Assembly (NCBI GenBank): GCA_963849325.1
Contig: CAWKHF010000001.1
Location: 537,210 to 601,209 of the forward strand
Direction of reading: 5' to 3'
Origin: an uncultured Planctomycetota bacterium
GTDB lineage: Bacteria; Planctomycetota; Planctomycetia; Gemmatales; Gemmataceae
DNA: 64,000 nt
Of the stretch, positions 10,966 to 21,012 are shown piece by piece. Within the stretch, counting starts at the first letter, position 1. The number at the start of each line of letters is the position of its first letter. The notes beneath the pieces were generated by a model. The model ran no database searches. It was not told the origin of the DNA and saw only the letters and a list, made by a program, of their open reading frames with translations. The translations under genes and the position numbers were made by a program.

Positions 10966-11039
10966 AGTTCTGAGTTCTGAGTTCTGAGTTCTGAGTTCTG
11001 AGTTGGGTCTTCACTCAGAACTCGGAACTCAGAACTCAG
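10966..11039. repeat. Heptamer tandem repeat (AGTTCTG)x5 followed by inverted (ACTCAGA)x~4
   Basis: Directly visible in the sequence. Confidence 0.9.
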
Positions 11040-11046
11040 GATTCGC

Positions 11047-12056
11047 TCATGGCTTCCTCGGAGTCACGGCCTGGCGTCGCGGCCGCAGCTCGTCCAGCTG
11101 CCCTTCCAGCTCGCGCCGCTCTTTCATCGCCCGTAGATACCAACGGGCGTTCTCGACCAGAACGTCGTTGCCGTCGGAGTTGGCCACTTCGCGGTACAGC
11201 ATCGACGCCTCGTCCGTCTTGCCCAGCTTGCGCAGACAGCAAGCCATCATGTACTGGATGGTGACCCGAGCGTCCGTCCGCTGCTCGTCCTGCTGGAGCT
11301 GACGATACTGCTGCAGGGCGGCGGCGTGATCGCCCGCCAGGAAGAGCGACTGGGCCAACGACAGCGGATCGACCGGGGCGGTTGTCAATAACTTGGCCGA
11401 AGCGTCCGCCTGTTTCGCGGGCGGCCCGGATGGCAGAGGTTGCGCCGAATGGGCCGACGAGGCCGACGACGGTGATGGCGCGACAGAGGTGGTTGGCGGT
11501 TTGACGGCCGTTTGCGGATTGGGCGGGGTTTTCTTGTCCTCGTTCGGTTTCGCGGATGGCGCCGGTGCCAGCCCTTTGTTGTTCATGCGGACGGCCTTGC
11601 CCACCAGCTCGGTGATGCGGCGGCGCAGCCGGGCGGCATCGTCGCCGCCGGCGCGAGACTCCCGAACGGTGAGCAAAGACATCTCCTCGTTGAGCATCGC
11701 CTCGCGCTCCATGCGCAGACCCTCGATCTCGCGGTGTAGACCCTGGATTTCGGCCGGAGGAGCGGTGCGGAGGTAGCCCGGTAGGGCCAGGCGCGGCGGG
11801 GCCGGCGTCTGCTCGTGCGGCATGGGCGCGGCCTCCTCGCCGGGCGACGACGGCGGCATCGGGACGCCGCCTGCCGGACCAGGCAGCTCCCGAGGAGCGG
11901 GCGCCGGCTCTTCGCGCGGCGTCGATGCGGGCACCGGCCGCGGCGCGGGCAAGGCATCCTCGCCGGGCGCAGCGCCGGCGGCGCCCCGGGCGGCGGCTCC
12001 GCCGCCAGCAGACCGACACCCACGAGTACGACCAGACATCTCGCCGACCTGTGCAT
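11047..12056 (-). CDS. Secreted Pro-rich / coiled-coil / TPR protein (frameshift near 11980)
   Basis: Signal-peptide-like MHRSARCLVVLVGVGLLAAE, then ORF 11047..12039 with a coiled coil and TPR-like LAQSLFLAGDHAAALQQY / YMMACCLRKLGKTDEASMLY. Confidence 0.75.
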
Positions 12057-12179
12057 GGTTGTTCGATCCCGCTTGACGGCGGAGGGAGGACCGGCTTCAA
12101 TTGGGCCGCCACGGTTGGCGTGGCTGGAAGTCCCTCACCCCTCGCCTTGGTTGGGGGCTGTCGAAATAACAGGTTCTTC

Positions 12180-12237
12180 GTTTAGCCGCGACGCGGAGCG
12201 CGTCTGTCTCGCGCTCCGCTGCGCGTCGCGGCTAAAC
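12180..12237. repeat. Family A REPIN-like palindrome (left arm partly deleted)
   Basis: gtttagccgcgacgcggagcgcg...cgcgctccgctgcgcgtcgcggctaaac. Confidence 0.85.
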
Positions 12238-12259
12238 TTACCCGGATGTCCCCCCAGTC

Positions 12260-12676
12260 ATGGAAAACCGACGCCAGACCTATCGCCACTCCTTCGTCCC
12301 CGCGGAAGCTCTGCGCGTGGAACTCTACCGGCCGGGAACGCAGGACAAGATCGACTGCGATTTGCTGGACCTCTCTCTCGGCGGCATGCGGGTGCGGCTG
12401 CGGAACGCGGTCCAGCGCCTCCGCGCCGGCGACTCGGTCATCACCCATCTGCTCGGCCGCGAGGCGCCGTCGCCGGTGGAGCTGAGCCTGTCCCTGCCTT
12501 CCTGCGTCGCCCACGTGGACCGGCACCGCGATGGCATCATCTACGGCGTCCAATTTCTGCCCAGCGCCAACCCCGGCGCCAACGAGAAGGTCGAGAAGAC
12601 GCTGGCGCGTTTTCTCATCGCGGAGCAACGGCGGTTGCGACGGCAGGCGCAAGCCACGGATGACGCGGAGGCGTAA
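12260..12676 (+). CDS. Stand-alone PilZ domain protein
   Basis: RRQTYR (RxxxR) and DLSLGG (DxSxxG) c-di-GMP-binding motifs; YGVQF. Confidence 0.85.
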   Translation: MENRRQTYRHSFVPAEALRVELYRPGTQDKIDCDLLDLSLGGMRVRLRNAVQRLRAGDSVITHLLGREAPSPVELSLSLPSCVAHVDRHRDGIIYGVQFLPSANPGANEKVEKTLARFLIAEQRRLRRQAQATDDAEA

Positions 12677-12680
12677 CGCT

Positions 12681-12802
12681 CTCGTTCCCAAGCTCTGCTT
12701 GGGAACGTACGGTTGCGAAGCTCTGCTTCGCGGACTGTCCCTGACCGAGCGGGAAGCAGAGCTTCCCAGACCTGCGTTCCCAAAGCAGAGCTTGGGAACG
12801 AG
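12681..12802. repeat. Compound palindromic element (CTCGTTCCCAAGCTCTGCTTGGGAACG family)
   Basis: Terminal inverted ~27-bp arms with internal GAAGCTCTGCTTC / GAAGCAGAGCTTC units; between convergent genes. Confidence 0.85.
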
Positions 12803-12818
12803 GATTCTCCGAGACCCA

Positions 12819-14979
12819 TCACGGCGGCAATTCGCCGGATAGACAGCGGATGGCCTTGTCGCGCTCGCCGATCTGTTCGTAGGCGCCGGCCATGAGACGC
12901 AGCACGGCCGGCACGTCCACGCCGCTGGACTGCTGTAACAATTCTCGACAGCACTTCAGACAATCTTGCGGTTTTTTTTCGCGCAGGGCGATCTCGGCCA
13001 GGCGCAACCGGGCGCGTGTCGCCTCCGTCCGACGGCCCGGCGGCGATCAGCTTGCGGTACAGCGCGACGGCATCGTCGCGGCGGTCGGCCGCCGTGTACG
13101 CCTCGGCCAGGGACATCGACACCTCCGCCGCTAGCGGGCCGCCCATCCGGGGCAGGGCCTTCTCGTATAGCCGCACCATCTCCTCGTGCATGCCCATCTC
13201 TTGATACGCCTGGCCGCGGAGCACCAGTCCCGCGGGGCCGAGAATGGGATCGTCGCGCACGGCCAGAAGGGCGGCCAGCAGGTCGGCCGCCTCGCGCTGA
13301 CGACGGCGGCGGTCGGTGGTGACGGCACGGAAGCGGGCCAGGGTATCCAGGAAGGCGGCGGCGTTGCGGTAACGGTCCTGGCCGACCAGTTCGCGGTGTT
13401 CCAGCAGGACGGCGTTGGCGGCGCGCGGGTTGTCGGTCAGCAGGTGAGCGGCGGCCATGGTGATCGCCGCCGCCGCGTGGGCCGGCGAACCGGGACCGCT
13501 GCCCAGTCCACGCCGCAATGGCGACAACGCCTGTTCGGGATCGCCTTCCTCCAGATAGATGCGGCCGACGCGCCAGTAGGCCAACGGCGCCAGCTCGTGG
13601 GCCGGCGCCCGATCGACGACCCGGTAGAACGCCTGGCGCGCCCCGGCCGATCGCCCTGACGGCCGCGCAGCAGGCCGAGATTGTAATGGGCCTCGATGGC
13701 CAGCGGCGAACGCGGCCATTCGCGGACCAGTCGGCCGTACCAGGTGATGGCCTCGTCGAGCCGGCCGTCCAGCGCCTCCAGGTCGCCCAGTTCGAGATAG
13801 GCCGCCGGCGTCAGCGGATGGCGCGAGTAGGTCAGCACCGCCTCGCGCAGCGCCCGCCGAGCGTTGCTGGCCCGCAGCGTCTTGAGTTCCTCCGCCGACG
13901 TTTCCTCCTCGCTGGCAAACGTCAGCCGATCGCCGCGAATGTGCCACACCAGCCCCAACGATTCGGCCAGGACGCGCAGGGCGTCCGGCAGCGACGTGCG
14001 CTCCAGGGCGACTACCACGCTGCGCCCCTCCACCTGCTGGCGGGCGCGGGGCGTCCATTCGATGCGCAAACGGGCCTGCTCGGCCAGGCGATCAAGCAGG
14101 CCGGTGACGGCCATTTGATGCACGCAAACGCGGACCAGGGCGACGGCGCCTGGCTGGACCTCGATGACCTCCTCGCCCTCCGCCGCCTCGACCTCCGGCT
14201 CGCGGCCTGGTCCCCCCCAGTCCACGGCGCGCTCCAGGCACCAGTCGGAGGTGAAGGGGCTGACCGGGTCGTCGCGGAACGGTCCCGGCGGCTCGTTGGG
14301 CAAGATCTCCAGCGGGCCGGCCAGGGCGAGCAGGTAACGAGCGTCGGCCAGGAACGGTTGACCGCGCAGGTTCGGCGCGGCGGAGCGGCGGATCAAATCG
14401 CACAACAGCGCCTTGGCCTCGGCCGGTCGGCGCAGTGCGCAGCCACACCCGCGCCTGTCCCAGAAGGGCGATGGCGGCGGTTCGCGCCGACGGCGTGCGG
14501 CCGGCCAGCTTCCGGTAGGCCGTCAGCGCCTCGTCCCAGTGGCCGATTCCCTCCAGCGACAGACCGAGACGATACTGAAAGGCGTCGCGCAGCTCGGCGG
14601 CGGCGCGGTCGCTGAAGGAGCGACACAGGACCAGGGCCAGCTCGAATCGAGACACGCGGAGGAGACGGTCCACCTCGTCCAACTCGGCCTGGGCGGCGCG
14701 GCCCTCCGCCGGCGCCGGAGCCGCCGGCGGCTGAAGAACGGCGGCTTGCGGATGCTCGGCTGACACCGACGGCTCGGGCGTCTCGGGCAAGACCAGGCGC
14801 GAGCCGAGACGGAACGTGCCGGCGACCAGGCCCAGCTGAAACAGACACACCAACGGCCAGCCGAACGAGCGCAGCCAGCCGCGTACCCCGCGCCGGAGCG
14901 GCCGGGGCGGATCGGGCGCATCGTCGGCCGTCGGGGCGTTGCCACGGCCAACCTCATCGGGGGCCTTCCCGGGCCGCAT
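12819..14979 (-). CDS. Large membrane-anchored TPR protein with internal STN-like segment (about 3 apparent frameshifts)
   Basis: Joined from ORFs 14092..14979, 13437..14405, 12541..14058 and 12819..13007. N-terminal hydrophobic segment WPLVCLFQLGLVAGTF; many TPRs (YRLGLSLEGIGHWDEALTAY, YLELGDLEALDGRLDEAITWY); STN-like VTGLLDRLAEQARL...LPDALRVLAESLGLVWHIRGD. Confidence 0.75.
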
Positions 14980-15025
14980 GATCGATTCAACCCTTCAAAC
15001 CGTTAGACTCTGCCTCTTCCACCCT

Positions 15026-15053
15026 TTATCGGCACACGGAAAATCACTCTTGA
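15026..15053 (-). promoter_or_regulatory. Putative sigma28 promoter of the large TPR gene
   Basis: Minus strand TCAAGAGT-N12-GCCGATAA, with a perfect FliA -10 box. Confidence 0.55.
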
Positions 15054-15066
15054 GGTTGAAAGGGAA

Positions 15067-15093
15067 GCAACTTTCCGCCGGGCCGTTCGATAA
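15067..15093 (+). promoter_or_regulatory. Putative sigma28 promoter of flgM
   Basis: GCAACTTT-N11-TTCGATAA, canonical FliA spacing. Confidence 0.55.
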
Positions 15094-15139
15094 GGAGAGA
15101 GAGGGAATGGAGTTTCCTCGCACGACGAAGGAGTTCCAG

Positions 15140-15445
15140 ATGCGGATTACCAACTCGACGAACCAGACCGCGGGCAGTCCGGCCGACGGCGCGACGCCGC
15201 CAACCCCGCGTACCGACGCGGCCACGTCGGCCCTCGCGGGCACCCATCTGTCGTCGTCGTCCGTCTCCGCACCGGCCTCTAGCCTGGCGCCGTCCTTCGA
15301 TCTGCTCCGCCTGAATACTCTCTTGCAGCAGATCCCGCCGGCCCGTCCCGACGCGATCGCCGAAATCCTCCAGCGGCTCACTTCCGGTCAGCTGAACACG
15401 CCGGACGCCCTCGATTCGACTGCTCGCGCCATGCTGGGAATTTGA
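15140..15445 (+). CDS. flgM: Anti-sigma28 factor FlgM-like protein
   Basis: RBS AAGGAG; disordered N-terminus and C-terminal LQQIPPARPDAIAEILQRLTSGQL...TARAML; upstream of fliC. Confidence 0.7.
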   Translation: MRITNSTNQTAGSPADGATPPTPRTDAATSALAGTHLSSSSVSAPASSLAPSFDLLRLNTLLQQIPPARPDAIAEILQRLTSGQLNTPDALDSTARAMLGI

Positions 15446-15580
15446 TCACCAAGCCTGAAGCGTCCTGGCCTCTGCGTCCGCGCCTTTCCGTCCCCTCCTC
15501 CCGATTTTTCCGAATGCGCCTATCGCAGCGATCGCGCCCAAGGCGCCGGCGCGGGAAAAATCGTCCCCCTGCCTTTTCGG

Positions 15581-15607
15581 GCAAGTTCGCGGAGTAAAGA
15601 TCGATAA
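15581..15607 (+). promoter_or_regulatory. Putative sigma28 promoter of fliC
   Basis: GCAAGTTC-N11-ATCGATAA about 75 nt upstream of the flagellin ATG. Confidence 0.6.
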
Positions 15608-15681
15608 GACAGGACAACCACGCTGACGTGGCGGGTTACGCAAGGTCCCCTCATCTTCCCATGTAGGAGAGGCAACACGGT

Positions 15682-17883
15682 ATGCTGTCCCTTGTCAACA
15701 ATCTGTCGGCGTTGACCGCCGAGAACAACCTGAACAACGCGAACAGCGCGCTGAGCACCTCGCTGCAGCGTTTGTCGTCGGGCTTGCGCATCAACAGCGG
15801 AGCGGACGACCCGGCCGGCCTGGTCATTAGCCAGGAGCAGCAGGCGCAGATGAGCGGCCTGCAAACGGCCATCTCCAACACCTCCACGGCCACCAACGTG
15901 GTGCAGATCGCCGACGGGGCGCTCAACGAGACCAGCTCACTGCTGCTGCAGATCCGCGGCCTGGCGGTCAGCGCCGCCAACTCCGGCACCAACGATGCTA
16001 CCAGCTTGGCCGCCGACCAGGCCCAGATCGCCAACGCCCTCCAGACCATCGACAGCATCGCCAACACGACGCGGTTCGGTAGCACGACCCTGCTCGACGG
16101 CAGCCACAACGGGACGGCCGGCGCGACGACCAGCGGCAATACGACCGGAGTGACCGCCACGGCCACGGGTGCGACTGCCGGCACCTATACGATTAGCGGC
16201 GTGACGCTGGCTACCGCGGCGACCGTCAAGGGAAGTGTCTCCGGTGGTGGATACGCCAGCACCGTTAGTACGGCCCTGGCTGTCGGTCAGAAGGAAACCT
16301 TCAACATTTCCGTCGGTAGTGCCCCGAACTCGGCGATCACGGTCGACAACAGCAGTGGCACGACGGCCATGACCGTCCAGAATGTCATGGACGCGATCAA
16401 CACGCAGTTAACCTCGGATTCCATCGCTGCCAAGGCTTCCTTCGCCTCCAATCAGATCGAAATCACGTCCACGGCCACGGGCAGCAGCGCTAGCGTCGCG
16501 ATTTCGAATGATAACGTGAGCGGTACTCTCCCGGCAGGTACAGCATTAGGTGGAGGAGTATCGACCAACTCGGTCTTCGGTACGGATGCTACCGCAGCTA
16601 CCATCACCGGAAGCACCACCTACGGCGCCACCACTAGCACTGCCCTGACTTCCAGTCAGACGGAATCCTTCACGATTACAGACGGGAATGGCAACTCTAC
16701 CACTGTCAGTCTCAACGGCAGTACCCAGAGCACCGTCGGGCAGATCATCACCGCGATCAACAACGATGCTACCACTAACAACGTCGGCGTCTCGGCTTCG
16801 TTTTTAGGCGGCCACATCGTACTTACGTCCACGGCTACCGGCAGCAGCGCCAGCATCTCGATTTCGAGTGATACCCCTCCCTCCTCGGGAGGTACCGGGT
16901 TCACGAACACCGGCACCCCGGTCACCGGTACGAATGCTAGCAAAGCTACCCTCACCGGAAGCGTCCCCGGTGGATACACCAACGTTAATAGCGCTGCCCT
17001 GAATGCCGGTCAGAAGGAAACATTCACGATTTCCGACGGAACCAACACGGCCTCTGTCAATCTCGACAACACAGCCGGCACGAGCGCCATGACCGTCCAG
17101 GACGTCATCAACCAGATCAACTCCGATGCTACCACTCACAGCGTCGGTCTCAAGGCTTCGTTTGCAGGCAACCAAATCGTACTTACGTCCACGGCCACCG
17201 GCAGCACTGCCAATGTTCAGGTTCAAAATGATACTCTTACCAACCCGGCAGGTACAGGATTCACAGCCACATCGACGACGGGAGCGGATATCAAGGCCAC
17301 GGTCAACAATGGCACCACCAGCAGCAGCGTGACGGGAACCGGCAACACGCTGACGGTCGCCACGGGCCTCACCTTCACGGCGGATCCGACCACGTATAAC
17401 ACCGGCGGTGGCAACACGACGATAACGGTGGCGGCCTCCAACGCCCTCGTCTTCCAGATCGGCGCCAACGCCGGCGACACGGCCAGCCTGTCCATCGCCA
17501 GCGCCCTGAGCACGGCGCTGGGCAAGAACGCCTCCGCCACGCCCGGCAGCGGCGAAACGACAAATCAATTCTCCAGCCTCAATACCATCGACGTCACCAA
17601 GAATGCCTCGGACGTCATCGAGGTGGTGGACAAGGCGATCAGCGACGTCTCGAGCTTGCAAGGCAATCTTGGCGCCTTCCAGGACAATACGCTGCAGGCG
17701 ACCTCCGCGAATCTGCAGTCGGCCTTGCAGAACACCACGGCGGCCGATTCGACCATCCGGGACACCAACTTCGCCACGGAGACGGCCAACTTCACCCAGG
17801 ACCAGGTGCTGGTGCAGGCGGGCACGCAAGTGCTCAAGAACGCCAACCAACTCCCGCAGCTGGTGCTGACCCTGTTGCAGTAA
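15682..17883 (+). CDS. fliC: Flagellin, 733 aa, with three ~120-aa internal repeats
   Basis: LQRLSSGLRINSGADDPAGL, QIADGAL, FQIGANAG, LGAFQ, IRDTNFATE...VLVQAG. Confidence 0.97.
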   Translation: MLSLVNNLSALTAENNLNNANSALSTSLQRLSSGLRINSGADDPAGLVISQEQQAQMSGLQTAISNTSTATNVVQIADGALNETSSLLLQIRGLAVSAANSGTNDATSLAADQAQIANALQTIDSIANTTRFGSTTLLDGSHNGTAGATTSGNTTGVTATATGATAGTYTISGVTLATAATVKGSVSGGGYASTVSTALAVGQKETFNISVGSAPNSAITVDNSSGTTAMTVQNVMDAINTQLTSDSIAAKASFASNQIEITSTATGSSASVAISNDNVSGTLPAGTALGGGVSTNSVFGTDATAATITGSTTYGATTSTALTSSQTESFTITDGNGNSTTVSLNGSTQSTVGQIITAINNDATTNNVGVSASFLGGHIVLTSTATGSSASISISSDTPPSSGGTGFTNTGTPVTGTNASKATLTGSVPGGYTNVNSAALNAGQKETFTISDGTNTASVNLDNTAGTSAMTVQDVINQINSDATTHSVGLKASFAGNQIVLTSTATGSTANVQVQNDTLTNPAGTGFTATSTTGADIKATVNNGTTSSSVTGTGNTLTVATGLTFTADPTTYNTGGGNTTITVAASNALVFQIGANAGDTASLSIASALSTALGKNASATPGSGETTNQFSSLNTIDVTKNASDVIEVVDKAISDVSSLQGNLGAFQDNTLQATSANLQSALQNTTAADSTIRDTNFATETANFTQDQVLVQAGTQVLKNANQLPQLVLTLLQ

Positions 17884-17893
17884 CACCGGCCGG

Positions 17894-17952
17894 GGAGGGT
17901 GGAGGGTGGAAGGTGAATTCTTCCCTCCACCCTCCATCCTTCACCCTCCACC
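17894..17952. repeat. Heptamer repeat (GGAGGGT)n plus inverted copies; possible terminator or mRNA stabiliser after fliC
   Basis: ggagggtggagggtggaaggtg...ccctccaccctccatccttcaccctccacc. Confidence 0.8.
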
Positions 17953-17955
17953 GTA

Positions 17956-17964
17956 TGCTATAGT
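17956..17964 (+). promoter_or_regulatory. Possible extended -10 element upstream of fliD
   Basis: TGcTATAGT matches TGnTATAAT at 5/6 hexamer positions. Confidence 0.3.
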
Positions 17965-18041
17965 TCGGCAGAGGAACAGTCGTCCGACGGCCGCGCCCGA
18001 CGGAGGCTGGCACCGTGTAACGGTCGATCAGGAGTACAGCC

Positions 18042-20487
18042 ATGTCCGCCATCTCGTCGGCCGGCAGCAGTTCGCCCGCTAGCAGCCTCAGCAGTAGCAC
18101 CGGCACGAACAGCAACTCCATCACCGGCCTGAATACCAGCGGCATCTCCTTCCAGGGTCTGGTCAGCGGATTGAACACCGACCAGATTGTCCAAGCCCTG
18201 CTCGCTCCCGAGCAACAGCAGATAACCGACCTGCAAAATCAGCAGGCCCAGATTACGCAGCAAGAATCGGCCTACAACAACATCCAGTCGTACTTGACGG
18301 CCCTGCAAACGTCGCTGAGCGGTCTGTCGTCCACGACCAACAGCGTCTTCGACGGCCGAACGGCCACTTCCAGCAACAGCAGCGTGGCGACGGCCTCCGC
18401 CAGCAGCGGCGCCGCGCCCGGCGTGTACAATTTCACCGTCAACAGCCTGGCCCAGGCACAAGAAATCTCGTCGCAGGGCTTCGACTCGTCCAGCAGCGCC
18501 ATCACGCAGGGGACGTTCCAGTTCCAGGTCGGCAGCGGCGCCGTCAACACCATCACCATCGACGGCAGCAACGACACGCTGCAAGGCTTGGCCAACGCCA
18601 TCAACAGCGACAACGCCGGCGTGACCGCTTCCATCGTCAACGACGGCAGCGCCTCCCAGGGCAACCACCTGCTGCTGACCTCGGATAACAGCGGCACCGC
18701 CAACGACATCACCATCACCAACAACCTGGCCGCCGACGGCAGCGGCGCCATGCGTCCGGAGTTCAACGCCACCTACGTCGGCGCCGCCGTCACCGGCTCG
18801 AATTGGAGCGGCACGTCCACGCCGACTTCCAACGCCGGCAGCGGCAACTACACGGGAACGAGCAACGACACCTTCACCTTCACCGTCACCAACGGCGGCA
18901 ACTTCAACGATCCGGCGACGCAGATCACCTACAGCAACAGCAACGGCTCCATCACCGGCACGATCACCGGCTCTCAGCTCCAGGCCGGCCAACCAGTCAA
19001 CGTCGCCGAGGCCGTCCAGGTTTCCTTCAGCAGCGGAACACTGACGACAGGGCAGAGTTTCACCATCAAGGCGTTCGATCCCAACACGCAGGCGGCGGCC
19101 GACGCCTCCGTGACGGTCGGCTCCGGCAGCGGCGCCTTGACCGTCACCAGCTCGAGCAACCAAGTACAAAATCTGTTCAACGGCATCACGCTGAACCTTG
19201 TTGGCACCAGCTCCACGCCGGTCAGCGTCACCGTGGCCAACAACGCTTCAGTCCGCCGCCACCAGCATCGACAATTTCGTCAGTGCCTACAATCAGCTCA
19301 TCGGCTACATCAATCAGAACGATAGTTACAATGCGCAGACCAACCAGGCCGGCATCCTGCTCGGCGATTTCAACGCCACCAGCATTAACTATCGCCTCGG
19401 CGAAGCCGTCACCAGCGCCGTGTCCGGCGTCAACCAGCTGGCGGACTCGCTCGGCGCCGTCGGCATCACGGTGAACGCCGACGGCACGCTGTCGGTGAAC
19501 AACACCACGCTCAACCAGGCGTTGAGCGGCCAGGTCGCCGGCGTCTCGGCCAACGACGTGCGCCGCCTGTTCGTGCAGGACGGTCAATCGTCCAATCCGC
19601 AGGTGCAGTACGTCTACGCTCCCAGCACCCTCCAGGCGGTCGGCGGCCCGGTCCAGGTGCAGATCACGCAGGCGGCCACGCAGGGCGCCGCCACGGCCAC
19701 CAACGCCCTCGCCGCCTCCACGACCCTTTCCTCCAGCAATGACACCTTCAGCGTCACCGTGGACGGTCACACGTCCGGGACGATCACGCTGGCCGACGGG
19801 ACGTACACATCCGCGCAGCTGGCCCAGCAGGTGCAATCGGCCATCAACGCCGACAGCCAGCTCGACGGCGCCTCGGTGACGGCCACGGTCAACGGCAGCG
19901 GCCAGCTCGTGCTGACCTCGGCCAGCTACGGCTCGCAATCGCAGGCGTCCATCGGCAGCGGCACCGCCCTGTCGGCGCTGGGATTCACTGGCAGCGAGTC
20001 GGGCCAGGGACAGGACGTGGCCGGGAATTTCATCTACAACGGCGTCACCGAGACGGCCACCGGCAACGGGCAAGTCCTGACCGGCAATTCAGGCAATCAA
20101 TACACCAGCGGCCTGGTCGTACTCTCCACCTTGACGCCGGCGCAGGTCAGCGGTAGTCCCGAGGCCAACGTCACGGTCACCCAGGGCGTCGCCGCTCAGC
20201 TCGGCAACGTGCTCAACCAGATGCTCGATCCGGCCACCGGCCAGATCCCGACCGCCACCCAGGGCTTGCAGGCCCAGTCCACCAACATCGGCCAGGCCAT
20301 CACGCGGCAGCAGCAGCAAATGCAGCAGATGCAGCAGGCCTTACTCGCAGAGTTCACCAACATGGAGACGGTGCTGGCGCAGCTGCAGTCCGCCGGCAAT
20401 AGCCTGAACGCCTCGCTGACCGGCCTGAACTCCTCAAGCGGGTCGAGCAACAGCAGCAGCAGCGGCAACAGCAGCACTACCCTCTAA
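18042..20487 (+). CDS. fliD: Flagellar filament cap FliD, ~815 aa (frameshift near 19248)
   Basis: FQGLVSGLNTDQIVQALL, VNSLAQAQ, SSSNQVQNLFNGITLNL, FVSAYNQL, C-terminal AEFTNMETVLAQLQS. Confidence 0.93.
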
Positions 20488-20518
20488 CCGCGTCCCTCGG
20501 CTCCCGCGAAGAAGGTGC

Positions 20519-20936
20519 ATGATGAACCCCTATGCGAAATATCAGCAGCTCACCCCCAGTTGGACGCGCATCGACATGCTCCTGGCCCTGTACGATGGGG
20601 CCGTCGAGCGCGGCGAGCAAGCCCTGGCCGCGCTGGAGCGCCAGGACCAGGCGGCCGCCCGCAAGCTGCTCGTCAAGGCCCGCTTGATCGTGATGGGCCT
20701 GGCCTCCGGCGTCATCCCCGACGGCGATCCGGTGACGACGAACATGCTGCGGCTCTACGAGTTCGCCCAGCACGCGCTGGAGCAGGGGAGCGTCGAGGAC
20801 GTGCGCGGGGCGCTGAAGGTGCTGCGTATCCTGCGTGAAGGGTTTCAAAAAGTCCGTCCCGAGGTCGTCGCCCTGGAGCGCAGGCGGGGCGCTCCCGCCG
20901 ATCCCATCCGAATCGACGCTGCGAATGTTGGCCTGA
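20519..20936 (+). CDS. fliS: Flagellin chaperone FliS (probable frameshift near 20880)
   Basis: MNPYAKYQ, RIDMLLALYDGAV, NMLRLYEF, LRILREGF; the alternative frame ends GALPPIPSESTLRMLA*. Confidence 0.85.
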
Positions 20937-20947
20937 CGCCGGCATCC

Positions 20948-21012
20948 GTTTAGCCGCGACGCGCAGCGGAGCGCGGGAGAGTCCCGCGCTCCGCTGCGCG
21001 TCGCGGCTAAAC
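20948..21012. repeat. Family A REPIN-like palindrome; supplies the psd stop codon
   Basis: Full inverted pair; psd ends ...CCA TCC GTT TAG inside the right arm. Confidence 0.9.

Noticed and set aside
20880-20953. fliS (and flgE at 6785) ending inside a family A element
   Set aside because: More plausible C-termini end earlier in another frame (20936 and 6808), so these were not counted among element-derived stops.
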